Assembly: GCA_035706365.1 (NCBI GenBank)
Contig: DASSVD010000236.1
Coordinates: 1,526 to 65,525, forward strand
DNA: 64,000 nt
Reading direction: 5' to 3'
From: Nocardioidaceae bacterium
GTDB taxonomy: Bacteria; Actinomycetota; Actinomycetes; Propionibacteriales; Nocardioidaceae
Shown here in pieces: positions 41,679-52,384 of the stretch. A program made the position numbers and the translations under genes. The notes beneath the pieces are model-generated. The model saw only the letters and a list, made by a program, of their open reading frames with translations, was not told where the DNA came from and did not search any database. The stretch's first letter is position 1. Every line of letters begins with the position of its first letter.

Positions 41679-42623
41679 ATGACCGGCGTCCAGGTGATCA
41701 CCTCCCGCGAAGTCCCGCTCGGTGGGCCACGGGCGATGACGGTGCGGCGCACGCTGCCGCAGCGCGAGCGGTCCCTGGTCGGTGCCTGGTGCTTCGTCGA
41801 CCACTACGGACCCGACGACGTCGCCGCCACCGGCGGGATGGACGTCCCACCGCACCCGCACACCGGCCTGCAGACGGTCAGCTGGCTGTTCACCGGCGAG
41901 ATCGAGCACCGCGACAGCTCCGGCGTACACGCGCTGGTCAGGCCCGGTGAGCTCAACCTGATGACCGCCGGCCACGGGGTGGCGCACTCGGAGGTGTCCA
42001 CGCCGGCCATAACCACCCTTCACGGGGTGCAGCTGTGGCTGGCACTGCCGGACGCCACGCGCGACGTGGAGCGCGGGTTCGAGCACTTCGCACCGGAGCC
42101 GACGTCCCTGTCCGGCGGCACCGCCCGGGTGTTCCTGGGCGAGCTGGCCGGGGCGGGTTCGCCGGTGCGTACCCACTCGCCGCTGCTCGGCGCCGAGCTG
42201 GTGCTCGATCCGCGGGCGACGATGCGGCTCGCGGTCGACCCGGACTACGAGCACGGCGTGCTGGTGGACACCGGTGCCGTGGAGCTGCTGGGCGTCGCGG
42301 TGGGCCGTGCCGAGCTCGGGTACGCAGCTCCCGGCGCGCGCGAGCTGGTGCTGCGCAACACCGGCCCGAAGGCCGCGCGCGTGGTGCTGCTCGGTGGCAC
42401 GCCGTTCGAGGAGCCGCTGGTGATGTGGTGGAACTTCGTCGGTCGCAGCCACGAGGAGATCGTCGCCTTCCGCGAGGCGTGGGAGCAGGGCTCGTCCCGC
42501 TTCGGCGACGTCGAGGGGTACGCCGGCCGGCCGCTCCGGCTGCCCGCCCCCGCCCTGCCGCACGCGCGGATCAGGCCACGTCTGGCGCCACCGGGTCCCG
42601 GCGACCGCAGCGCCTGGGGCTGA
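41679..42623 (+). CDS. Pirin family protein
   Basis: PHPHTGLQTVSWL, MTAGHGVAHSE, HGVQLW and MWWNFV motifs. Confidence 0.93.
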   Translation: MTGVQVITSREVPLGGPRAMTVRRTLPQRERSLVGAWCFVDHYGPDDVAATGGMDVPPHPHTGLQTVSWLFTGEIEHRDSSGVHALVRPGELNLMTAGHGVAHSEVSTPAITTLHGVQLWLALPDATRDVERGFEHFAPEPTSLSGGTARVFLGELAGAGSPVRTHSPLLGAELVLDPRATMRLAVDPDYEHGVLVDTGAVELLGVAVGRAELGYAAPGARELVLRNTGPKAARVVLLGGTPFEEPLVMWWNFVGRSHEEIVAFREAWEQGSSRFGDVEGYAGRPLRLPAPALPHARIRPRLAPPGPGDRSAWG

Positions 42624-42645
42624 GCCGCGCGGCGGGAGCCTCAGG

Positions 42646-43527
42646 TCAGCCGCACACCCGGTCGAGCATCGCCAGCAGGCGCTCCTGCTCCGCGCGCTTG
42701 GGGATCTGCACCACCCGCTGTACCGGGTCGCCCCCGCGGCGGACGAAGATGCCGAGCAGGAAGGTCTGCGAGCTCTGACTCCGTGCGTGACCGTCGCAGC
42801 GGCCCGTCGACGCGAGCAGCACCGGCAGCACGAGCCGGTCCTGACCGGAACTCAGCGACGCCGGCAGGGTCCCGCCGCCGGCCCGGGGCGACAGGCTGAT
42901 CAGCACGCTGCCGGCCAGGTCCTCGATGGTGACCGGCGCGGTGGATCCCGGCCTGCGCTCGACGACCACCTCGGCGGGCAGCTGCTCGGTGCCGCGCACC
43001 ATCTCGGTGGTCCGGGACAGCCGCAGCTGCACGGAGGCGACCGACGTCAGGCGCTGCTCGGCGCAGGCGTCGTCGCGCAGACGACCGAGAAGTCCGGGGA
43101 TGTCCACGTGCAGCGGCAGCGTCATCGCCCGGTCGTCGACCCGGACCTGCATTCGCGGCGCCGCCTGGACCGGTGCATCGCAGCGGGCCTGGTCGTACTC
43201 CACGGTGAACGCTGCCGTCTCCCCCGGCTCGATCCGCGACTCGTCGAGGTGCACGGACGGGAAGCTCAGCCCTGGCCAGTCCACCTGGGCGTCGGTGATC
43301 CGCACCGTGCGGCGGCTGGCGTTGGTGACGCCGGCCAGCACGGACCGGGTGCCCTCGGCGAAGCGGTCCTGGGTCAGCGACGCCCTGAGCTGGTCCGCGA
43401 CGACGGGGGCTGCCGCCGGCGTCGCTTTGGAGCGGTCGGGGGCGTCCGGGGAGTCCTGCGCAGCACCGCTGCATCCACCCGTCACCAGCAGGAGCAGGGC
43501 GAGGAGGATCCCGGACGGCACGCGCAT
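42646..43527 (-). CDS. Hypothetical lipoprotein
   Basis: MRVPSGILLALLLLVTGGC lipoprotein-like signal; no catalytic motif recognised. Confidence 0.6.
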   Translation of the reverse strand: MRVPSGILLALLLLVTGGCSGAAQDSPDAPDRSKATPAAAPVVADQLRASLTQDRFAEGTRSVLAGVTNASRRTVRITDAQVDWPGLSFPSVHLDESRIEPGETAAFTVEYDQARCDAPVQAAPRMQVRVDDRAMTLPLHVDIPGLLGRLRDDACAEQRLTSVASVQLRLSRTTEMVRGTEQLPAEVVVERRPGSTAPVTIEDLAGSVLISLSPRAGGGTLPASLSSGQDRLVLPVLLASTGRCDGHARSQSSQTFLLGIFVRRGGDPVQRVVQIPKRAEQERLLAMLDRVCG

Positions 43528-43615
43528 CGTCTCCGAGTCTCGCGCAACACGGCACGGTTGTCCGGCCAATTTCGCGGCCACCGCTCCGACCTGTGCACCG
43601 CCGGGCCGGCACGAG

Positions 43616-45361
43616 TCAGCGGGCCAGGCGCTGGCGGAGCCCGCTGGCCCGTTGCACCCGGCGCTCGACGGCCGCACGCACAGCGGCCTCTGAGCCGACC
43701 ACCCGCACCGACCGGCGCGCCCGGGTGACCGCGGTGTAGAACAGCTCCCGGCTGAGCAGCCGGGAGTCGTCCTCGGGGAGCAGCACGGTGACCTCGTCGG
43801 CCTGGCTGCCCTGGCTCTTGTGCACCGTCATCGCGTGCATCGTCTCCACGTCCCTGATCCGCCCGGGCGCGAAGCCGATCAGACCCCGCGAGGACCCGAT
43901 CACCGCGCGGATGCCGTCGCCGTGCGCGACCACGACACCGGTGTCGCCGTTGTAGAGCCCGAGCCCGTAGTCGTTGCTGGTGACCAGCAGCGGCCGGCCG
44001 AGGTACATCGGTGAGTACAGCGGGTCGCCGGTCGCCTCGCTCAGCCAGTGCTCGGCCTGCCGGTTCCAGTGCCGCACGCCGAACGGCCCCTCCCGGTGGG
44101 CGCACAGCAGCCGGTGGCGGTCCAGGGCGGCCACCGCCCCCGCGCCCTCCCCGGCCGCGGCGAGGCGGCGTACCTCGAGTGCGGTGGGCACCAGCGCCTG
44201 GCGGAGCACCGGGCCCGGGTCTGGGTCCTCGTGCAGACGCAGGCCGCCCTCGCCGGCGCGCAGCAGCGCGACCACCCGGTCGCTGTCACCGGCACGGATG
44301 GCGGCAGCCAGGGCTCCGATCTCGTCGCCGAACCGGTGGGAGGTGCGCAACGTGACGACCGGGCTGTCGTCGGACCCGTCGAACCCGGCGACCAGGTCGG
44401 CCAGCACCGCACCGGCCTCGACCGAGGCGAGCTGGTCGGGGTCGCCGACCAGGATCAGCCGCGCATCGGGGCGCACCGCCTCGACCAGGCGAGCCATCAT
44501 CGTCAGCGACACCATCGAGGTCTCGTCGACGACGATCACGTCGTGCGGAAGCCGGTTGCCGCGGTGGTGGCGGAAACGGGTGTCGTTGTCCGGGCGTCGC
44601 CCCAGCAGCCGGTGCAACGTGGCGGCGGGGAGCGTGCCGAGCCGGTCGCGGTCCGCGTCGGGCAACCGCTCGGTCGCCTGGGCGACCGCCTCCTGCAGGC
44701 GCGCTGCCGCCTTGCCGGTGGGCGCGGCCAGCGCGACGCGCAGCGGCGTCTCGTGACGGGCGGCCTGCTCGGCGAGCACGGCGAGCAGGCCGGCCACGGT
44801 GCTGGTCTTGCCGGTGCCGGGGCCCCCGGTGAGCACCGTGGTCCAGCTGGCGGCGGCCGCCCGGCAGGCGGCGCGCTGCTCGGCCCAGGTCTCGCCGGCG
44901 AAGACCCGCTCCACCGCGGCGTCGACCAGGTCGTGGTCCACGGGCGGCGCCGGCCGGCGGATCCTGGCCAGGATGTCGGCGCAGACCTGGGCCTCCTGAC
45001 GGTGGTACCGGTCGAGGTAGAGCAGTCCCTCCTCGAGATGCAGCATGCCGTGGGCGACCAGCGGGCTGGCCTGCACGGCCCGCGCCCAGGGCCCGGGCTC
45101 GGGCCAGTCGAGCGCGGGCGCCACCTGTGACGCGGTGGCCAGGTCCAAGCACACCGAGCCCAGGCGTACGGCGCGCGTGGCCAGCCCGACCGCGAGCTGC
45201 ACCGCCTCGGACTCCTCGCCGGTCAACACCGCGAGCCGCCGTGCCACATGCACGTCGGCCGAGGTCAGCACGCCGGCCTCGTTGAAGGTCCGCAGCAACC
45301 CGTTCGCGGACAGTGCGAGGCGCCGGTCGGCGGCGTCGGTCGGCTCGAACAGCTCGGTCAT
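43616..45361 (-). CDS. recD: Exodeoxyribonuclease V alpha subunit
   Basis: TGGPGTGKT, VDETSMV, HKSQGSQ and YTAVTRAR motifs. ATG 45361 overlaps the recB TGA. Confidence 0.94.
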   Translation of the reverse strand: MTELFEPTDAADRRLALSANGLLRTFNEAGVLTSADVHVARRLAVLTGEESEAVQLAVGLATRAVRLGSVCLDLATASQVAPALDWPEPGPWARAVQASPLVAHGMLHLEEGLLYLDRYHRQEAQVCADILARIRRPAPPVDHDLVDAAVERVFAGETWAEQRAACRAAAASWTTVLTGGPGTGKTSTVAGLLAVLAEQAARHETPLRVALAAPTGKAAARLQEAVAQATERLPDADRDRLGTLPAATLHRLLGRRPDNDTRFRHHRGNRLPHDVIVVDETSMVSLTMMARLVEAVRPDARLILVGDPDQLASVEAGAVLADLVAGFDGSDDSPVVTLRTSHRFGDEIGALAAAIRAGDSDRVVALLRAGEGGLRLHEDPDPGPVLRQALVPTALEVRRLAAAGEGAGAVAALDRHRLLCAHREGPFGVRHWNRQAEHWLSEATGDPLYSPMYLGRPLLVTSNDYGLGLYNGDTGVVVAHGDGIRAVIGSSRGLIGFAPGRIRDVETMHAMTVHKSQGSQADEVTVLLPEDDSRLLSRELFYTAVTRARRSVRVVGSEAAVRAAVERRVQRASGLRQRLAR

Positions 45362-48300
45362 CCCACCTCCTCCGGCGCGTCGACTCGGTCGGGCACGGCG
45401 GCCCCGTCGAGCAGATCGGAGACCGCGACGACCAGGGCGCTGGGCGGACGCCAGGAGAACACCCCACACGGGCGGCCGTCGACCAGCGGGGTGTCGGCGC
45501 CGCACATGCCGCGCAGGTAGAGGTACAGCACGCCACCCAGGTGCCGGTCCGGGTCGTAGCCGGGCTGGCGCCAGCGCAGGAAGCGGTGCAGCACCACGGC
45601 GTACAGCAGCGCCTGCAGGGGGTAGTCGGAGTGTGCCATCGCCTCGGCCAGCGCCGCGGGCCGGTAGTCCTCGGAGGACAGCGGCGGGCCGCCCTCCCCC
45701 GGGAACGCGCCCAGCCAGTTGGTCTTGTAGTCGACGACGAGGTAGCGCGGCTGCCCGTCCCCGTCGCCGTCGCCCTCGCCGTGCCCGTCGCCGAGCCGGA
45801 GCACCACGTCGACCGAGCCGGTCAGGTAGCCGCGCAGGTCCTGATCGCCCAAACCAGGATCGTCCAACGCGTCGGCGTAGGGCCGGACCGGGTCGTCGGC
45901 GGGCAGGTGGGCGCGCAGCAGCGGGGCGAGGTCGCCCAGGCGCACCGGGGTGGCGGCCAGGCCCGGATAGTCGCGCAGGTCGCCTCCGGACAACGGAAGC
46001 TCGAAGTCCAGCTCGCACAGCCGGTCACGCCGACCGACCCGGGCCAGGGTGGTGCCCGCAGCCAGTGGCCCGAGCGGACTGTGGCACACCGCGAGCAGCG
46101 CGTCGGCGAGCTCGCCGGAGTCGAGGTCGACCGGCCAGCGCACCCGCTGCTCCTCGACCTGGGTCAGCAGCTCCGCGCGCAGGTCCTCGGCTCCGGGGTC
46201 GGCCAGCTCGAGCACCGCGTGGACCAACGAGCCGAAGGTCGCCCCGACCGGCAGGCCCGCCATCGGGGAGAGCACCGCGCCCGACGGTAGTCCGACGTCA
46301 CCGGTCGCCTCACCGCCCGCACGGGCTTCGCCAGGTCCGCCCCCCGCGACCAGCACGGCTTCGTCGCTGCCGCTCGGCGCCGGTTGATCGTCGTCGCGCG
46401 GGCGCTCCTCGGGCTCACTGCCGGCACCCCCTGCACCGCCCGCAGCGCTCGTCGCCCCGCCCGCAGTGCCGGGCACGGCCGGCGTGCTCAGCGCGGTGTA
46501 GGAAGTGCGTCGCCAGGCGGTGTCGACCCGGCGGGTGAACCGGCGTGCGTCCAGTGGCCGGGTCTCCTCCTCCAGCGCCTCGGCCGGCAGCGCGGCTGCT
46601 GCGGCCGGCTCCCAGCACGGTCCGCCGATCTCCTGCCAGTGGTCGAGGATCTCGTGCACCCTCTGCGGCTCGTGCAGCGCCATCTCCGCAGGGACGGTCG
46701 ACCAGCCCGGCAGCCGACCGAACAGCATCCGCTGCAGCGGCGAGCAGGGCGTGTTCTTCGGCGCGGGCGCCCACCACGCCACCACCTGCGAACGGGCCCG
46801 GGTCAGCGCGACGTAGAGCAGGCGCAGCGACTCCCCGTCGTCCTCGGTCATCGCCTGACGGAGGTGCCGGTCCCAGCCGGGGCCGCCAGAACCGACGTCG
46901 ATGCAGCGCGTGCCGACCGCGAGCGGATCCACGGCCTCGACGGCATCCGCGTCGGTGGCGTGGTAGCGCGGCACCTTCGGCTTCTGCGGGAACCGGTCCC
47001 ACAGCGTCGGCACGTAGACGACGGGGTACTCCAGCCCCTTGCTGCCGTGGATCGTGACCAGCTGCACGGCCGCGGCGTCGCTGTCCAGCCGTCGGGTGCG
47101 CTCGCTGGCCACCTCGAGCTTGTCCTCGGCCATCTGCCCGCGCAGCCAGGTGAGCAGCGCCACCGGCCCCAGCCGCTCCTCCACCGCTACCTGGTGCAGC
47201 GCCTGACCGATGTGGCGCAGGTCGGTGAGCAGCCGCTCGCCGTCGACGCGGGCCAGGACGGTCGCGTAGAGCCCGTCGTCGATCGCCGCCTCGAGCACCG
47301 CCGCCACGCCGCGGGTGGCGTGCAGCTCGGCCCAGTCGCGGAGCTTGTCGGCGACCCGGTCGGTGAGGGCGTCTCCCTGCTCGTCGAGCTCCACGGCGGT
47401 GTGGCCGAGGAAGCTGGTCAGCGCCGCGCTGCGCACCCGCCCGGAGCGGTGCGGCTGCTCGAGTGCCTCCAACAAGCGCAGCCACTCCGTCGCAGCGGGG
47501 GTGCCGAACACGCTGCCGGAGCCGGCGACCACGGCGGGTACGCCGATCGCGGCGAGGGCGCGCTGAATCGCCTGCAGGTCGTCGTTGCGGAAGGCGAGCA
47601 CGGCGACGTCGCGCGGGCGCAACCGCTCCCCGCACCAGGTGGCGCCGGAGGTGAGCAGCCGTTTGATGTCGCGGGCGACGTCCTCGACGACGTAGCTGCG
47701 CACGTCCTTGACCGCCAGCCGTGCCCCGGGGCGACGGCCGAGGTCCTCGTGGCGCACCACCCGCAGCCGGAAGGGCGCGCCGGCGCGCTCCAGGCGACTG
47801 CCCTGGTGCACGGCGTCGACATCGCCGACGACGATCTGGTCGTCGCCGAGCGCCGCACCGCGCAGGACCGCCTGCAACGAGGACAGCAGGGCGGCGTCCG
47901 AGCGGCGGTTGGTGGCCAGCGTCTGCCGGGAGGTGGCGGTGGCGGCCGCCTGCAGGTAGGTGGTCACGTCGCCTCCGCGGAAGGCGTAGATGGCCTGCTT
48001 CGGGTCACCGATCAGCACCATCGTGGCGTGCCCGCTGAACGCGCGGTCCAGCACCTGCCACTGCACCGGGTCGGTGTCCTGGAACTCGTCGACCAGGACG
48101 ACCTTCCAGCGCTGCCGCATCCGGTGGCGCGCCGGTGCGTCCGGCTGGCGCAACGCATGGGCGAGCTGGGAGAGCAGATCGTCGTAGCTGAGCAGTCCGA
48201 GCCGGCGCTTGCGTCGGTCCAGCTCGGAGCGCACGTCCCGGGCGAAGGCCACGCGCTGCGCCGGAAGCGGCGGAGACGCGCCGTCGCCCGCGCTCCCCGT

Positions 48301-48909
48301 GTCGGGCGCGGACGGCTCGAGCCGGGCCTGCGGGTCGCCGGCGGCGGCCCGGCCCAGAGCGAGGGCGTCGGCGCGGCTGAACGGCGGCTGCTCGGGAGCG
48401 TCGGCGAACCGGCGCAGGTACAGGTCGTCGACGACCTCCGCGAGCAGGTCGTCGAGGTCCTCGACGAGGGTGGCGTTCGCGTCGGTGTCGCCGGCGACCC
48501 CCAGGCTGCGCAGCACCATCTGGCAGAACTGGTGCGTGGTCGCGATGGTGGCGGCGTCGAAGCCGGCCAGCGCGTCGCGCAACCGGCGGCGGCGTACCTG
48601 ACGCTGGTCGGGGTCGGCCAGCAGCAAGGCGATCACATCGTCGAGCCCGTCGGAGTCGGCTGTGGTGTCCGGGTCTGCCAGGGCGCGCTCCGCGGCGACC
48701 AGCTGGGACCGAACGCGCTCGCGCAGCTCCTGGCTGGCCGCGCGGCCGAAGGTGACCACGAGGAGCTGGTCCAAGGTGGCATGCCCCTCGGCGACGTAGC
48801 GGGTGACCAGGGCGCCGATGGTCCAGGTCTTGCCGGTGCCGGCGCTGGCCTCGAGCAGCGTGGTGGCGCCCGGCCGGGGCAGCGGGTCGGCGATGTGGAA
48901 GGCCGTCAC
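45358..48909 (-). CDS. recB: Exodeoxyribonuclease V beta subunit
   Basis: EASAGTGKT, VDEFQDTD, IGDPKQAIYAFRG, HGSKGLEYP and nuclease GSVD...VDYKTN motifs. Start GTG 48909. Confidence 0.94.
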   Translation of the reverse strand: MTAFHIADPLPRPGATTLLEASAGTGKTWTIGALVTRYVAEGHATLDQLLVVTFGRAASQELRERVRSQLVAAERALADPDTTADSDGLDDVIALLLADPDQRQVRRRRLRDALAGFDAATIATTHQFCQMVLRSLGVAGDTDANATLVEDLDDLLAEVVDDLYLRRFADAPEQPPFSRADALALGRAAAGDPQARLEPSAPDTGSAGDGASPPLPAQRVAFARDVRSELDRRKRRLGLLSYDDLLSQLAHALRQPDAPARHRMRQRWKVVLVDEFQDTDPVQWQVLDRAFSGHATMVLIGDPKQAIYAFRGGDVTTYLQAAATATSRQTLATNRRSDAALLSSLQAVLRGAALGDDQIVVGDVDAVHQGSRLERAGAPFRLRVVRHEDLGRRPGARLAVKDVRSYVVEDVARDIKRLLTSGATWCGERLRPRDVAVLAFRNDDLQAIQRALAAIGVPAVVAGSGSVFGTPAATEWLRLLEALEQPHRSGRVRSAALTSFLGHTAVELDEQGDALTDRVADKLRDWAELHATRGVAAVLEAAIDDGLYATVLARVDGERLLTDLRHIGQALHQVAVEERLGPVALLTWLRGQMAEDKLEVASERTRRLDSDAAAVQLVTIHGSKGLEYPVVYVPTLWDRFPQKPKVPRYHATDADAVEAVDPLAVGTRCIDVGSGGPGWDRHLRQAMTEDDGESLRLLYVALTRARSQVVAWWAPAPKNTPCSPLQRMLFGRLPGWSTVPAEMALHEPQRVHEILDHWQEIGGPCWEPAAAAALPAEALEEETRPLDARRFTRRVDTAWRRTSYTALSTPAVPGTAGGATSAAGGAGGAGSEPEERPRDDDQPAPSGSDEAVLVAGGGPGEARAGGEATGDVGLPSGAVLSPMAGLPVGATFGSLVHAVLELADPGAEDLRAELLTQVEEQRVRWPVDLDSGELADALLAVCHSPLGPLAAGTTLARVGRRDRLCELDFELPLSGGDLRDYPGLAATPVRLGDLAPLLRAHLPADDPVRPYADALDDPGLGDQDLRGYLTGSVDVVLRLGDGHGEGDGDGDGQPRYLVVDYKTNWLGAFPGEGGPPLSSEDYRPAALAEAMAHSDYPLQALLYAVVLHRFLRWRQPGYDPDRHLGGVLYLYLRGMCGADTPLVDGRPCGVFSWRPPSALVVAVSDLLDGAAVPDRVDAPEEVG

Positions 48910-51900
48910 AGCACACCCACCCTCTCGACGCCGTCCAGCAGCGGGGCCCACAGCCGCAGCGCGTAGCGCCCGAGCCGGTGGGGCGCGTCGTTCCAGTCCT
49001 CGTCCGGTCGCGGCGGGGTGGTGAGGCAGTCCATCCCGGGGTGCTCGCCGAAGACGCGCACGTGCGCGACGTCGCCGTCCTCGCCGGTGATGCCGAACTT
49101 GTTGAACGGGTCGGTGACCCACTCGCGGGCCGCCATCCGGTCGGGGTCGACGCCCTCGCCGCGCAGTGCCCGGTGCGCGGCCTCGGCGTAGGCGCAGGCG
49201 GTCTTCACCGGCAGCGGCAGCGGCTCGCACAGCCCGCGGTCGAAGAGGTCGACCAGCTCGCGGAGCCAGTCGCGGGCGCGGTGGTCGAGCGGACCGGTCT
49301 GGGCGCAGGAGACGCCGGTCCCGCGGGGGGCGTTGCCGACGGCGTGGCCGGTCCAGTTCTGGTCGGGGTGGCCCGCGCTGAGGGCGAGCAGGTCGATCCA
49401 GGCGCGCAGCCGGTGCTTGGGCGCGAGCCGGGAGTAGTTGACGGTGACCAGCCTGTTGCCGAACACCGGGCCCACGGTGCCGGTCAGCCGTCGTCCCTCG
49501 CCCAGGTCGACGTCGACGTCGAGCGTGCGCGGCTCCCCCTGGCGCAGCTGCAGCGCTGCCTGGTGCAGGGGCCGGACCTTGTCGATCACCTCGGTGAGGG
49601 TGCGGCCGCCCAGTGCGCCGGGCGGCAGCAGCCCGCGCAGGCGCTCGGCGGCGATGCTGCTCTGCGGCTGGAGCCCGGCCAGCACGCCAGCGAGCAACCG
49701 GTCACCGACTTGCCACCTGGCAAGGCCGTCCAGCTCGATGGGGATCGCGTCGAGGATCTCCTCGGCCTCCAGGGGCGCGCTGACGTCGAGTCGCGCCCGC
49801 AGGAAGCCGCGCACCGGGTGGCTGAAGAAACTCTGGAGCGCGGTGAGCTCGACGTCCTCGCGCGGCGGCGCCGGCAACGGCCCCGGCAGGAACCGGTCGG
49901 CCGGAAGGCGCTCACCGCGGGCTGCCTCGGCGCCCGCGAGAGCCGCGGCGTCGAAGCTGAACGGTCGGTCGGCACCGTTTACCAGCTCCCCCGCGATCAG
50001 GTTGCGCTCGTCGAACGGCTGCAGCGGGTGCCGCACGAGCACCGTCTCTCGCAACGCCGTCGCGGTGGTGGTGTCGACGGCGTCGAGCAGCTCCCCCAAC
50101 GGGACGGCGGGCGGGCGCTCGGCACCGGTGTGCTCGTTGGCGCCGGTGTAGGTGATCACCAGGGTCTCGGTGGCGGCGTTGACCGCGTCGAGGAGGAGCT
50201 GGCGGTCCTCGGAGCGTACGTCGCGCTCCCCGGTGAGCGGCGTGCGCGCGAGGACGTCGTCCCCGTCGATCGCCTGCGTGCGGGGGAAGACGCCGTCGTC
50301 GAGGCCGACCAGGCAGACCACCCGGTGCGGCACCGAGCGCATCGGCACCATGGTGCAGACGGTGAGGGTGCCGGTGCGGAAGTTGGCCCGGGTCGGACGA
50401 CCCCCGAGACGGTGTGCGAGCAGGTGACGCACGTCGGCCAGCAGGAGCCGGGTCCCGTCGGTGGGCTCACCCGCCTGGGCGGCGGCGGAGTCGTGCATCC
50501 GGGCCAGCTCGCGGTCGAACTGCGCGGTCTGCCACTCCTCTCGCGGGTCGGCGGCCGCAAGGCGGGTCACCGCGACGGACAGGGCGCCGGTCCAGTCGGC
50601 GATGGTGGTGGCCGCGTGCGCCTCGTGAATGAACTGCTCGAGCCGGTCGACGAACTCGGCGAACCGCCCGGCCAGGTCGATGTCGCCGCTGGGCACGTCG
50701 TCGACGGGCAGCGCCATCGGGGGGATGCGGTCGCCGTCCTCGGCCATCGCCGCCCCGAGCAGGACCCGGTCGAGCCCGGCGCGCCAGGTGTTGTCGGGAA
50801 GGGTGAGCCCGTAGTCACGGCGATGGTCCGGGTCCAGCCCCCAGCGGATGCCCGCCCGGTCGACCCACGAGGCGAGCTGGTCGAGGTCGTCGTCGCCGAA
50901 GCCGAACCGTCGACGTACGGCGGGCGCGGCGGCCAGGTCGAGCACCTCGGTGGCGGTGACCCGGCTGCCCGCCAGCTCCACCAGCGTGCCGGCCACCGCG
51001 AGCAGCGGGTTGGTGCTGGTCAGCGCCCGGTCGGCGAGCCGGACCCGGAGCCGGTGCGCCGGGTGGCCGCCCTGCCCGGCGCTGACGTCGGCGAGACCGA
51101 AGCCCGCCTGGATCAGCGGTGCGTAGCTCTCGATGTCGGGGCACATCACCAGGATGTCGCGCGGCTCGAGCGTGGGGTCGTCCTCGAGCAGCCCGACGAG
51201 CACCTCGCGCAGCACGTCGATCTGGCGGGAGGCGCCGTGACAGGCGTGCACCTGGACCGACCGGTCGCCGCGCTCACCGAGGCGGGCGGTCCGTGCCGCG
51301 CGAGTGGCGGAGTCCGGCTCGACGTTGGCGCGGAGGTCGTGTTGCAGCCAGCCCAGCACCGAATCCGGGCCCGCCGGGGCAGCCGCTTCCCCGGTCGGTC
51401 CGCCCGGCGCCTGCCCGAGCTCGCCCACCAGGGTGCGCTGCAGCTCGCGTGCGTCGCGGCCCAGCGTGGCCAGCAACGGGTGCCGCACCAGCTCGGCGGA
51501 GCGGTCCTCGGCGCGTGGCACCGGGCCCGCGGACGGCAGGGCGGCGATCTCGTTCGCCAGGGCCAGGGAGGGCTGTGGCAGCCACAGGTGCACCTCGCGC
51601 AGCTCGCCGAGCGCCGCGAGCAGCTGGATCTCGGTCACCGGCATCCGGGTGTGGCCGAACAGCGACAGCCGCGGCGGCAGGTCCAGGCCCGCCCCGCCGT
51701 CCTCGCGCAGCCGCTGCACCGTGCTGCGGTGGCGCTCGTCCGGCGGGGGCTGCCCGATGGTGGTCACCCGCCGGCGCCACAGCTCGGGCTGCCAGCGCAG
51801 GTCGTCGTCGAGTGGATTGCCGGCGCCGTCGGTGTCGCGGCCCTGCCCCCAGTCGGTGATCAGACCGGGCCGCTGGACGGCGTACGCCGCGAAGAGGCCG

Positions 51901-52325
51901 GCCAGGCGCCGCGCGACGGAGTAGCGCCGACTGCGTCGAAGCAGGCCCTCCTCGCCCGGGTCACCGTGGCCCAGATGCGCCGAGAGGGCCGCGCACCACG
52001 GCTCCCCCATCGCGGCGTCGATCACCTGGAGCAGCGGCCACACCATCCGGTCGGGCTCCCACACGTCGTCGCGCTCCTTGCCGAGAAGCATCGCCACCAG
52101 CGAGTGCGGGTTGAGGAACCGGACCCCGGCGCACACCCCGTCACCGCCACGCGCGCCCACCCCGAGCCGGTGCGAGAGCCGCTGGGTCAGCCACCGCTCC
52201 ACGCCGCGCGCCGGCACCACGACGACCTCCTCGGCGAACGGGTCGTCCAGCGGCGTCGCCAGCAGGCCGGCCAGGTCGTCGGCCAGCAGGTCGGTGCGCT
52301 CCGCGCGATGGATGGTGACGCTCAC
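48906..52325 (-). CDS. recC: Exodeoxyribonuclease V gamma subunit
   Basis: ERWLTQRLS, PRDILVMCPDI, TLVPMRS-like CTMVPMRSVP and HPLQPF motifs. Start GTG 52325. Confidence 0.93.
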   Translation of the reverse strand: MSVTIHRAERTDLLADDLAGLLATPLDDPFAEEVVVVPARGVERWLTQRLSHRLGVGARGGDGVCAGVRFLNPHSLVAMLLGKERDDVWEPDRMVWPLLQVIDAAMGEPWCAALSAHLGHGDPGEEGLLRRSRRYSVARRLAGLFAAYAVQRPGLITDWGQGRDTDGAGNPLDDDLRWQPELWRRRVTTIGQPPPDERHRSTVQRLREDGGAGLDLPPRLSLFGHTRMPVTEIQLLAALGELREVHLWLPQPSLALANEIAALPSAGPVPRAEDRSAELVRHPLLATLGRDARELQRTLVGELGQAPGGPTGEAAAPAGPDSVLGWLQHDLRANVEPDSATRAARTARLGERGDRSVQVHACHGASRQIDVLREVLVGLLEDDPTLEPRDILVMCPDIESYAPLIQAGFGLADVSAGQGGHPAHRLRVRLADRALTSTNPLLAVAGTLVELAGSRVTATEVLDLAAAPAVRRRFGFGDDDLDQLASWVDRAGIRWGLDPDHRRDYGLTLPDNTWRAGLDRVLLGAAMAEDGDRIPPMALPVDDVPSGDIDLAGRFAEFVDRLEQFIHEAHAATTIADWTGALSVAVTRLAAADPREEWQTAQFDRELARMHDSAAAQAGEPTDGTRLLLADVRHLLAHRLGGRPTRANFRTGTLTVCTMVPMRSVPHRVVCLVGLDDGVFPRTQAIDGDDVLARTPLTGERDVRSEDRQLLLDAVNAATETLVITYTGANEHTGAERPPAVPLGELLDAVDTTTATALRETVLVRHPLQPFDERNLIAGELVNGADRPFSFDAAALAGAEAARGERLPADRFLPGPLPAPPREDVELTALQSFFSHPVRGFLRARLDVSAPLEAEEILDAIPIELDGLARWQVGDRLLAGVLAGLQPQSSIAAERLRGLLPPGALGGRTLTEVIDKVRPLHQAALQLRQGEPRTLDVDVDLGEGRRLTGTVGPVFGNRLVTVNYSRLAPKHRLRAWIDLLALSAGHPDQNWTGHAVGNAPRGTGVSCAQTGPLDHRARDWLRELVDLFDRGLCEPLPLPVKTACAYAEAAHRALRGEGVDPDRMAAREWVTDPFNKFGITGEDGDVAHVRVFGEHPGMDCLTTPPRPDEDWNDAPHRLGRYALRLWAPLLDGVERVGVL

Positions 52326-52384
52326 GGGCTGCACAATGCCATGGCGCACCGACAGTCCGTGCCGTCACGTGGCAGGCTGGCGAC

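Noticed and set aside
45358-48909. Low-complexity inserts in RecB (GGATSAAGGAGG, GDGHGEGDGDG), SNF2 and FUSC as mobile-repeat insertions
   Set aside because: They do not match family A or B and look like ordinary loop expansions.
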